A DNA stretch of 48,255 nt, from assembly GCA_030600695.1 (NCBI GenBank), contig JAUVLO010000001.1, positions 1-48,255 on the forward strand, in the 5' to 3' direction. The translations under genes were made by a program, and so were the position numbers. Of this stretch, positions 1 to 7,755 are shown in pieces (position 1 is the first letter of the stretch; every line of letters starts with the position of its first letter). This DNA is from Methanosarcinales archaeon (lineage in GTDB: Archaea; Halobacteriota; Methanosarcinia; Methanosarcinales; Methanocomedenaceae). The notes beneath the pieces are model-generated. The model saw only the letters and a list, made by a program, of their open reading frames with translations, had not been told where the DNA came from and made no database searches.

Positions 1-250
1 TTTTATTTGAATATTATATGTGTTATAATTATAGATTTTATATTAATGAATGTTAAAAATTATCATTACCATATGTTGTAGTTTAGGCCGTAAGCATGTC
101 CCAGCCTGCCAGCATAGATGGAGTAGCTTTATAACATCAAAGGAGTGGCGGCGTTCGAATGAATGCACTAATTGAGAGAATAACAGGAATTGCAACTGCC
201 TGTGGTTGCGGATGCCCCTTTACATTAATTCACACAACTGTCTACAATAT

Positions 251-610
251 TGTTCTATTCAATACATATCCGATAATTACCAGCAAAAATATATCAGGCA
301 CCCCGCCAGATATTGAGCCTTTTGTAAGTTTGACACTTACCATTCCCATGAATATGCCAGGCAGCATTGTACTTCTCAACCTTAGTGTGTTGGTATCCAC
401 TTCAAAAAGTATGGTCTAATGCAAGATTAATGTAGACACAGATTTCACAGATTACACTGATTTTCACAACCACTATCAATCTGTGTAATCAGTGTAATCT
501 GTGTCTCAAAATTCAGAGCACTATGAGCAATTACCATTTAATTTGAAGGGCATACGTATGTCGTAAAAATTCACATCAACAGAGAAACCGCTTTTTCCCA
601 TCATGGGAAA
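251..610 (-). pseudogene. 3'-terminal fragment copy of the T2SS-F (TadC/FlaJ-like) membrane protein gene, split by a MITE-like insertion
   Basis: 251-388 and 561-610 are collinear and near-identical with 1541-1678 and 1680-1730, the 3' end of the 1532-2311 gene. The minus-strand reading reproduces ...GYVLNRTIL-stop. The rest of the gene is absent. Confidence 0.7.
389..560. mobile_element. MITE-like non-coding element, copy a (CACAGAT-type hairpin core 435-505)
   Basis: This segment is missing from the otherwise collinear paralogous site at about 1678/1680. Imperfect terminal inverted repeats: GGTATCCACTTCAAAAAGTATGGT (392-415) versus the reverse complement of ACCATTTAATTTGAAGGGCATAC (533-555). 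It has a long imperfect central palindrome. Confidence 0.65.
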
Positions 611-905
611 CTCAATCTGGGTTAGTAGATTGGGCGAAATCTATGATATGGAAGCAGATTTCGAGACCGGGGATTTTGAAACCCTGCAGGAGATCGTAAG
701 CAGGCATGGTCTGGCAGATGTGAAAGCGTTCGGAATGACATGGGAAGACTGCCAGAAGTTCTTATCATGTCTCGAATACCAGGCTCATGTGATGGTTACA
801 GAAAGTTCTGTGAATGCAGCGGTTGAAACACGAAGGTTACACTTTGACTCGATAACCCAACCCCGAGAAAACTATTTAAAGACCAAAATTCACATTATAA
901 TATAG
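603..905 (+). CDS. hypothetical protein (100 aa)
   Basis: Open frame only, with no motif I recognise. Its start codon lies inside the duplicated segment 561-610. Confidence 0.3.
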   Translation: MGNSIWVSRLGEIYDMEADFETGDFETLQEIVSRHGLADVKAFGMTWEDCQKFLSCLEYQAHVMVTESSVNAAVETRRLHFDSITQPRENYLKTKIHIII

Positions 906-916
906 ACACATTCAAG

Positions 917-1186
917 GTGAATTTAATGGAATCAACAAAAAATGTTGCGATAAACAATGTCCATTTGAGAGAAATACAGGAATCACTCGCCAGAGATGAA
1001 ATTAAAATCTCGCTCGAAGAATTACTTGATATTATTATTGATCTTTCAGCAAAAAATAAACAAAAAGTATTAGAAACCATTAAAAATCGAAGAAAAAAAT
1101 CAGATTTTTTGATGAAAGAGTGGCTTTCCACCCCAATTGAGACAGATAAAACTGATGCCGTACACGACCACGATCTGGTGATATGA
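917..1186 (+). CDS. putative antitoxin-like small protein (89 aa)
   Basis: Charged, helical-looking 89-aa ORF. Its stop overlaps the ATG of the downstream PIN-like remnant (ATGA at 1183-1186), a typical antitoxin-toxin layout. Confidence 0.4.
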   Translation: MNLMESTKNVAINNVHLREIQESLARDEIKISLEELLDIIIDLSAKNKQKVLETIKNRRKKSDFLMKEWLSTPIETDKTDAVHDHDLVI

Positions 1187-1305
1187 TAATGTTTATAGAC
1201 AGTGTGGTATGGATCGGGGCAAAACTAAAAAACGACCAGTGGCATGAGCAATCAGATAAAATAATCAGGCAATTTGTATCCACTTCAAAAAGCATGGTAT
1301 TTTGA
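1183..1305 (+). pseudogene. truncated PIN-domain (VapC-like) toxin remnant, about 40 codons
   Basis: Translation is MIMFIDSVVWIGAKLKNDQWHEQSDKIIRQF-VSTSKSMVF-stop. The N-terminus resembles the PIN hhhD(S/T)xhhh start. The last 9 residues and the stop are encoded by the terminal repeat of MITE copy b. Confidence 0.4.
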
Positions 1306-1395
1306 CCGGATTTACAGGATTTACAGGATGTTGACATTGCGGTATATCCTGTCGATCCTGTTAATCCTGTCTAATAATTTTTAAATTACCCTTAG
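1276..1395. mobile_element. MITE-like element, copy b (ACAGGAT-type hairpin core 1304-1371)
   Basis: The left end GTATCCACTTCAAAAAGCATGGT (1276-1298) matches the left terminal repeat of copy a. The core is GACCGGATTTACAGGATTTACAGGAT...ATCCTGTCGATCCTGTTAATCCTGTC. The right boundary is unclear because it abuts copy c. Confidence 0.45.
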
Positions 1396-1399
1396 ATTT

Positions 1400-1533
1400 A
1401 AGAGACTTTTTATTATTTCCTGGAACGGTTTATAACCACAGAGAAACAATAACGCTCTGTGTTCTCTGTGTTCTCTGTGGTTGATTTTGTTTGCCATGAT
1501 CTATTTCATCCAGAATAAATTAAAAAGTCTCTT
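1400..1533. mobile_element. MITE-like element, copy c (CACAGAG-type hairpin core 1434-1482)
   Basis: 25-nt terminal inverted repeats: AAGAGACTTTTTATTATTTCCTGGA (1400-1424) versus the reverse complement of TCCAGAATAAATTAAAAAGTCTCTT (1509-1533), with the first 13 nt perfect. The same ends occur in inverted orientation at 32930-33073. The right end overlaps the stop codon of the 1532-2311 gene. Confidence 0.65.
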
Positions 1534-2311
1534 ATAAGATCGTCCTGTTCAATACATATCCGATAATTACCAGCAAAAATATATCCGGCACCCCGCCAGC
1601 TATTGAACCTTTTGTGAGTTTGCCACTTACCATTCCCATGAATATGCCAAGCAGCATTGTACTTCTGAATATAAGTGTCTCGTAAAAATCCACATCAACA
1701 GAGAAACCGCTTTTTCCCATCATGGGAAAAATGTTCTGGAGTAAAAAATAATTAAGAGCTATATATATAATAAAAATTATATAAAATATTAGCTGGTACG
1801 TAAAAAGTTTACTGCCGATCTCGGATTTCACTTCCCTGTCGTTGATGAGGAAGGCTGAAAGTATTGTGAGTATCTCTTCAATCTCTCCTCCGGCCCGTAT
1901 AGCACCCGAGATCATAGAAATGCCTCGTTTGATCTTCCTGGATCTGGTATTACCTGCCATAACATCAAATGCCTGGTCAACAGGCACTCCAAGCCTGAGA
2001 TTTGATGCCAGCAGTTTCACATCATCGCCCATAGCTCCATAGTCATTATCTTCAAGCAGGAATATCGCCTTCACAGGCTCCATCCCGGTCTTTATATTAA
2101 GTGTCAGGTCCCGCACAAAAACCGGAAAGTTCTTCTCCTTGCTGGAAAGCCGGCGGTAATCTAAAAAACTGTTCAATGAAAGTGGGAACAGAAGCAGGAC
2201 TAATATGAAAAATATATAATCGTCACCCGTGCGCTTTTCTACTAATAAAAGATACAGGAGGTAAAATGCACCGCACATGCAAAGTGCTGTTATTGCAATC
2301 ATTTTTCTCAT
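1532..2311 (-). CDS. type II secretion system F-family membrane protein (TadC/FlaJ-like), pilus platform
   Basis: Polytopic 259-aa protein with a cytosolic helical domain (..ISGAIRAGGEIEEIL..) between TM segments. It overlaps the upstream paralogue by 4 nt and sits in an operon with a secretion ATPase. Confidence 0.7.
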   Translation of the reverse strand: MRKMIAITALCMCGAFYLLYLLLVEKRTGDDYIFFILVLLLFPLSLNSFLDYRRLSSKEKNFPVFVRDLTLNIKTGMEPVKAIFLLEDNDYGAMGDDVKLLASNLRLGVPVDQAFDVMAGNTRSRKIKRGISMISGAIRAGGEIEEILTILSAFLINDREVKSEIGSKLFTYQLIFYIIFIIYIALNYFLLQNIFPMMGKSGFSVDVDFYETLIFRSTMLLGIFMGMVSGKLTKGSIAGGVPDIFLLVIIGYVLNRTIL

Positions 2312-3156
2312 ATTTTCATATCCTCAGGTATTATAGCATCTAAAAATATCAGGGATGCAACAGAGACAGAAGGTATTATTAAGTAGATCACCGCTTCCAC
2401 CATGGCTTTGTTCATAAACTGTATTGGTTTAGTCCCAAGTGACTCTGAAAAGAAAGTGCTTATGATCTCTACCACGGGAAACGATATTATAAAGAGAATA
2501 GGGACAACAACTGCTATAATTATGTACATCTCGGCAAACAGGCTCAGGTTATCAACAACACGGTCCAGTTTACGGTAATGTTGGCGGATATGCATCTCAG
2601 CGGTATTTCGCAGCACTGCGCCCAGGTCACCTCCGGCTGCAAGCATGGCTGTGATATTATTCAGTGTATTGGCAAGGTCCCTTGAAGGCGTTCTCGCCGC
2701 TGCCCGCAATAAAGCCGTGCTGAGATCAGCTCCAAAATATTCGATCTCCCTGTAAATATCAAAGAACTCCTTTCGTATTTCTCCAAAGGATTCTTCTTCA
2801 GATAGGGAATGAAAAGCCTTTGATACATTAACACCGACCACAACCATTATAGAAATATAATTCAGGGCATGGGGAAGTTCCTTATTAATTTCGGAAGTAC
2901 GGTTTGAAACCTTCCACATAGGATATATAAAAAATAACAGTACATATAAAGGTATTATAAGAAACAGCAAACCATTGCTGAATAAATAATAGAGCACCAG
3001 GGTTACTGATATGACAGGTATACCTATCAGCACCCCCATGGATACATACTGGCCCGGCGTCATCCCAATTCTAGCGTGCTCCAGGGGCTGTTCCAGGAAA
3101 TTCTTATTTCTATCAATGGGCTTGCCGACCAGTTTGTAAATGCTGTGATGGATCAT
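2308..3156 (-). CDS. type II secretion system F-family membrane protein (TadB/FlaJ-like), pilus platform
   Basis: 282-aa membrane protein with a T2SSF-like soluble domain (..ITAMLAAGGDLGAVL..). It overlaps the genes on both sides by 4 nt. Confidence 0.7.
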   Translation of the reverse strand: MIHHSIYKLVGKPIDRNKNFLEQPLEHARIGMTPGQYVSMGVLIGIPVISVTLVLYYLFSNGLLFLIIPLYVLLFFIYPMWKVSNRTSEINKELPHALNYISIMVVVGVNVSKAFHSLSEEESFGEIRKEFFDIYREIEYFGADLSTALLRAAARTPSRDLANTLNNITAMLAAGGDLGAVLRNTAEMHIRQHYRKLDRVVDNLSLFAEMYIIIAVVVPILFIISFPVVEIISTFFSESLGTKPIQFMNKAMVEAVIYLIIPSVSVASLIFLDAIIPEDMKI

Positions 3157-4742
3157 AAGTTGTCTTGGTTACAGTAATAGTTTGAAATCATTTCTGCCAC
3201 ATCATAGACATTGTTTTTGGACATTTCCCCAAGCATTACAGCTTTTTGTTTCAATTGCTCCTCAATCTCCCGTTTATCCTCACCAGTTCTCCTGGCTATG
3301 CATGTAAGCTGGTTGCTCTCCCATCCCAATCCCACGTTTCTTGCCCTTTCAAGTCTGCTGTTTTCATAATATTCAAATCCTGTCTGTGGATCCCATTTAT
3401 ATACAGTTTTCAGTTCTATACCATCTCCATTTTTTACAATCTCTGTTATGCTCTTGGTACGGCGTTGAAGAGAGCCGTCTTTGCCATGCACAGTGATCTG
3501 GTGGCAGAGGCAGCCAATGTTGGAAATAAGTGGAAGAGGAATGCTCATGGGAGGGGATGTGAGCCTGTCTATCACGTCTGCTGCACTCGAAGCGTGAATG
3601 GTTGATAGTGCCAGGTGGCCTGTTGAGATTGCCTGGAACAGCGTATTTGCCTCTTCACCGCGTATCTCTCCAAGGATCATATAATCAGGTCTCTGCCTCA
3701 AAGACGCTTTGAGCAGGTCGAACATTGTTATCTCTCCCTGCTCACCGCTGAAAGAGGTGCGTGTTAACAGCTGGGTCCAGTTTTCATGAGGTAAGCGTAT
3801 CTCAGGTGTATCCTCAATGCTCACAATCTTCTTTTCAGGCGGTATAAAAAGGGAGAAAGCATTTAACAAAGTAGTTTTCCCGCTACCAGTCTCACCAAAA
3901 ACCATTATGGAAGACTTGTATTCGATCAGTGTCCACAGATATGCCAGCATATCAGGTGATATGGTTCCATGCTGAACAAGCTCCACAGGACTCATAGCAC
4001 TTGGTTTAAATTTTCGTATTGTGAAGGCAGAACCTTTCTGTGTCACTTCCCTGCCATAGGTAATGTTCACACGATTACCATCCGGCATACCCGCATCCAA
4101 TATTGGTTTGGCCACTGATACGGATTTGCCACAACGCATAGCGAGCTTTGCAACAAAGTGATCCAATGCGCCTTCTTCCTCAAAGCCCAGGTTGGTTTTT
4201 ATAGAGCCGAGATATCTGTGCTGCACATAGATGGGAAGTCCAACTCCATTACAGCTTATATCCTCTATATTTACATCCCTGGCAAGGGGGTCAATGGGTC
4301 CGTAGCCTGTAAAATCACGGAGCAAATAATAGATTATGCGGTTTTTTGAAGATATCGAAACGTCTATTGCAAGTTTTTCCATTAATTCAAGTATCTCTTG
4401 TTCCAGATTGCCGTTGTTTGAGGCAAGAACTGTCCTAAGCATCCTGTTTTTCAACTGCCGGATAATTTCCTGCTCTTCAGTGGTCAGTTCGGGCTCCATA
4501 ACCCAGTACATAGCATCAGGATGTCTGCTTATACTGGCATAGCAGCACTCGTCGAGCCGGCATTCAACCAAAATTGTATTTCCATCAAAGCTAACCTCGG
4601 TACACGTGGGAAGATTGGAGATTTTTTCCAGCCAGGGATCTTCTAATGGCTCTTCGTTTTGCTTAGACTTTTTAAACAGCTTCTTGAGGATTGGATCAAG
4701 CCCCAAACCATTCTTCCCTGGTAGAACTTTCATCCTCTCCAT
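3153..4742 (-). CDS. type II/IV secretion system ATPase (FlaI/PilB/TadA-like)
   Basis: Walker A GETGSGKTT, Asp/Walker B region RPDYMILGEIRGEEA, and His box LSTIHASS, as in the T2SSE/VirB11/FlaI family. Confidence 0.9.
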   Translation of the reverse strand: MERMKVLPGKNGLGLDPILKKLFKKSKQNEEPLEDPWLEKISNLPTCTEVSFDGNTILVECRLDECCYASISRHPDAMYWVMEPELTTEEQEIIRQLKNRMLRTVLASNNGNLEQEILELMEKLAIDVSISSKNRIIYYLLRDFTGYGPIDPLARDVNIEDISCNGVGLPIYVQHRYLGSIKTNLGFEEEGALDHFVAKLAMRCGKSVSVAKPILDAGMPDGNRVNITYGREVTQKGSAFTIRKFKPSAMSPVELVQHGTISPDMLAYLWTLIEYKSSIMVFGETGSGKTTLLNAFSLFIPPEKKIVSIEDTPEIRLPHENWTQLLTRTSFSGEQGEITMFDLLKASLRQRPDYMILGEIRGEEANTLFQAISTGHLALSTIHASSAADVIDRLTSPPMSIPLPLISNIGCLCHQITVHGKDGSLQRRTKSITEIVKNGDGIELKTVYKWDPQTGFEYYENSRLERARNVGLGWESNQLTCIARRTGEDKREIEEQLKQKAVMLGEMSKNNVYDVAEMISNYYCNQDNL

Positions 4743-5383
4743 TCCTCATCCCATATACTGATTTTCCTTATCTCTAAATCTACTTTAGTTATGTTGAAAA
4801 AATACCGCGAACGGTTGTACTGGTGATCGATAAGATGAACTGTAAAGTCCCCTGTATGGCTGCTGTTCTCTGAATAACTGTTAAACCTGATCCTGTGATA
4901 TCCTGGCTGGGGTACAAGGTCATGTTCGATCTCTGATATAACAAGGTGCAGAGCACTCCCATTTTGCAACGATATTTCAGGAGGGTAGCTGATGGAAGGA
5001 GAGGGATATTCCTCTGCTTGCCTGTAATAAAGAGTACAGCCGTTGAAGCTGGTAGTTCTATAAATTGAATTGTTGGAGCTGTAGTTGATCTGCAGATCGA
5101 TCCTCTGGTTTTCTCCACGCAGAGATCCATTATACAATCTATATTCCAGTGTCCCCTCAGTATTTGTCCTGATGGCTTCATCCAGTGAAGACAGTACATC
5201 CTTTGCTCTTTGCATATCCCCGGCTATCAACACCTCACCAAGCAGGGGAGTCGCAAAGGAGATGGCAGATAAAACCACACCTAAAGAGATGATCATGAGC
5301 AGGACTGCGGAGATGATATTGCTGGTGGCTTCTTTATTGGATACTAAACCAGATGGTTCGATATGCATCAACTCCCTGGTCAT
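4730..5383 (-). CDS. putative archaeal type IV pilin-like protein
   Basis: A short polar leader is followed by a single hydrophobic helix, NIISAVLLMIISLGVVLSAI (class III signal-peptide-like). It has several N-x-S/T sequons and lies in the pilus operon. Confidence 0.5.
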   Translation of the reverse strand: MTRELMHIEPSGLVSNKEATSNIISAVLLMIISLGVVLSAISFATPLLGEVLIAGDMQRAKDVLSSLDEAIRTNTEGTLEYRLYNGSLRGENQRIDLQINYSSNNSIYRTTSFNGCTLYYRQAEEYPSPSISYPPEISLQNGSALHLVISEIEHDLVPQPGYHRIRFNSYSENSSHTGDFTVHLIDHQYNRSRYFFNITKVDLEIRKISIWDEEWRG

Positions 5384-6104
5384 TGGTGATATAGAGCTTT
5401 AAAGCAGTGTCAGCAGGAAGTGTTGTGTGATTTATTAACAGGTACACATATCCGGTACCAACTTCGCCTTTGGATATATCGTCCATCTCATAGGTTGGAT
5501 TATGGAGTGGCGTCAGGTCTGTGAGGTTGGTGGTATTGATGGTGGTGTTGCCATTTGAATAATTTGAGGCAAAATACGGGCATCCCTCATCAGTGATGTA
5601 TCTTATTGATGTATTGGTTTTGTTCTCTGAAGTGAAGTAAAGTGATTTATTTGTGAAAGGATGAAAATCACCCTCTTCTCTATCCTGAAGTCTTCCCGTA
5701 CTGTGGTCAAAATGAAGAGCAGCCCACTCAGGGCTTCCGTTCCCAAAGGATACTGCCCTCACTTTTACATTGGTTAAATTAAATAAAGCTTTATTTACCA
5801 CAAGCACCTGTATTTCCTGGATAAAACGCTCGTCCAGGGTGGCGTTTGAAGTTATTTTGCAGTCCAGGTTGGAATCGGTATTGTAATACACATATTCCGG
5901 ATAGCATACAATTTCTATTTCGGACATAAAGGTATTTAGCCTTGTCTCTGTAACCTCGGAGCCAGTGATTTGTACCTCTTCCTGCAGGTTGGCAATCCAT
6001 GTATAATACGCAGCAGACGCTGAGACTGCTACTAACACCAGCATCAGCAGAGCCATTACTTCAGAGATTGCAGAGTCATTGTTGATTATTGTCATATTAA
6101 TCAC
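5334..6104 (-). CDS. archaeal type IV pilin (pilin/archaellin N-terminal domain)
   Basis: The N-terminus ..NDSAISEVMALLMLVLVAVSASAAYY resembles the archaeal pilin N-terminal domain. The remainder is beta-rich with many N-glycosylation sequons. Confidence 0.6.
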   Translation of the reverse strand: MINMTIINNDSAISEVMALLMLVLVAVSASAAYYTWIANLQEEVQITGSEVTETRLNTFMSEIEIVCYPEYVYYNTDSNLDCKITSNATLDERFIQEIQVLVVNKALFNLTNVKVRAVSFGNGSPEWAALHFDHSTGRLQDREEGDFHPFTNKSLYFTSENKTNTSIRYITDEGCPYFASNYSNGNTTINTTNLTDLTPLHNPTYEMDDISKGEVGTGYVYLLINHTTLPADTALKLYITNDQGVDAYRTIWFSIQ

Positions 6105-6299
6105 AAATTTATTATAATTTAGTATTACTATTATTCAGAAAAGTAATTCTTAAATGTTATAAAACTTGTCATTTTAAGAGAAATATGTGGATAATTGAAA
6201 TGATGATTCGTCTACTACAATGCAACATCAATCATGCCCTTAACCACACTTATTATGAAAATATTTGGATTAAGTATATTTTTCAACATGGAAATAAAA

Positions 6300-7529
6300 T
6301 TATTTAATATTTAATAGTTTGCATATAGTATTGTATAATATTGCAATTATACTTCCCAGTTTTTCAGTTATAGAACTATTATCAGGTTCTGTTATCTCTG
6401 AAGTCTGAGTACTATTGGACATCGCAGTTGGTGAAGGTGTGGGTGTGGGTGTAGGTGTTTGAACAGCAACATGTACAATTTCGGATTTTACTTCATATTC
6501 GCGTTCCCTGTTATCCTTAAATGTGACAGTGACAGGGGGAAGGTCAATATTATTATTATTATTCGCCCTGAGAATATAATCATTTGAATAGGTTTTACCT
6601 GGCTGGGCCACTACTTCAAAATCCAGGTCCCCGGAAACCAGCTCAGCGTTCTCTGGAATTTCATCAGCAACATATACCATTGTTACCCGATCACCGATAT
6701 TTTTGACTGAAACAGTAACAGCTATACTTTTATTTTCCAATATTTCCGCAGTCTTTGTTGCATTTATATCCGGGCCGTGAATAATGATCTGGGAAGTATC
6801 AGTAAATTTTGTATAAGTGGCTCCACGATATTCAAGTACTACCCTGGCACAGGGAATGGTAAAGGTGCCCGGCTTGGTTGCTTTCATTGTATACTGGCGC
6901 AAATCCGTACTTTTTTTATCTGGGAGGGCCATGTTCCACATCAGCTTTTTACCAGGATCGGGAACCAGTTCAAATCCGGTTGGAATTGAATCATTGATCC
7001 TGATATCAAGATCGATATCCTTCAACCCCTTCACCCTGATCTCTACATTTATCCAGTCACCGGCATACATCTCTCCTGACACACATTTTGAAAATTCGAG
7101 TGTTTCATTGATCCATTGTTCAGGTGAGATTGTCGATACAGGTTCTTCTTTAAGGACATATACCTGGAATACCACATATGGAGAAGCTATGTCAAAACCT
7201 GTTATGATTTCTTTAACGACTATTTTTAACTTGTCCTTGCAAAGGATAGCCGTATTGTTGGTATGGGAATTGTTAATTGCAAGTGTGGCACCATCCGAAT
7301 AGTACTCATTTTCATATATTTCCAGCAGCACCCAGTCATCCTCAAAATCAGTAAATCTACTGGGACTAAAATCCACTGCATCAATAGTATAATCATTGAT
7401 GTTAACCGTTTGGCCCCAGTAAAGCGTTTTTTGACCGTGGTCGATCCATTCTGTTTCTCCTGCACACGGCTGGACTAATAAGAATAGGATGAAAAAAAAT
7501 ATTATAACAATTTTATCATGATTCATCAT
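6300..7529 (-). CDS. secreted cell-surface protein (possible pilus-associated adhesin)
   Basis: Signal peptide MMNHDKIVIIFFFILFLLVQPCAG, beta-rich Ig-like-looking repeats, an NNNNN run, a PTPTPTPSPT linker and a hydrophobic C-terminus. Confidence 0.6.
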   Translation of the reverse strand: MMNHDKIVIIFFFILFLLVQPCAGETEWIDHGQKTLYWGQTVNINDYTIDAVDFSPSRFTDFEDDWVLLEIYENEYYSDGATLAINNSHTNNTAILCKDKLKIVVKEIITGFDIASPYVVFQVYVLKEEPVSTISPEQWINETLEFSKCVSGEMYAGDWINVEIRVKGLKDIDLDIRINDSIPTGFELVPDPGKKLMWNMALPDKKSTDLRQYTMKATKPGTFTIPCARVVLEYRGATYTKFTDTSQIIIHGPDINATKTAEILENKSIAVTVSVKNIGDRVTMVYVADEIPENAELVSGDLDFEVVAQPGKTYSNDYILRANNNNNIDLPPVTVTFKDNREREYEVKSEIVHVAVQTPTPTPTPSPTAMSNSTQTSEITEPDNSSITEKLGSIIAILYNTICKLLNIK

Positions 7530-7578
7530 ATTTTGTAATACATATTCTTGAATATGTATGTTTCGGATTGGTTTTCTA

Positions 7579-7678
7579 TTTATCTTAATAACTATACCCC
7601 GCAGCCCTGCTGCGGTTGGGTGTGCCGTCGCAACTTTTGACTGCCAGCCGCCGCACCTGATATTCTGGCAGGCGGCAG
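7579..7678 (+). repeat. conserved ~65-nt intergenic element plus adjacent hairpin (copy 1 of an inverted pair)
   Basis: 7594-7641 (ATACCCCGCAGCCCTGCTGCGGTTGGGTGTGCCGTCGCAACTTTTGAC) matches the reverse complement of 36815-36862 with 4 mismatches. Similarity extends to TTTATCTTAAT. A GC-rich hairpin (CTGCCAGCCGCC...GGCAGGCGGCAG) follows. Confidence 0.7.
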
Positions 7679-7755
7679 TACCAGGATTAGAACATAAAAT
7701 TAATACAACCAGTCAACCGTTTAATTTAAATACTTTACACACGATTATTATAATC

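Noticed and set aside
159-419. 86-aa plus-strand ORF at the window start
   Set aside because: It reads antisense through the duplicated fragment of the T2SS-F gene and ends inside the MITE terminal repeat (..VSTSKSMV). The pseudogene plus MITE interpretation explains it better.
7558-7755. 66-codon N-terminal extension of the first AAA+ ATPase ORF
   Set aside because: The extension runs through the conserved non-coding repeat and hairpin at 7579-7678. The paralogues start at the position equivalent to the GTG at 7756 (V/M-x-K-F/V..).
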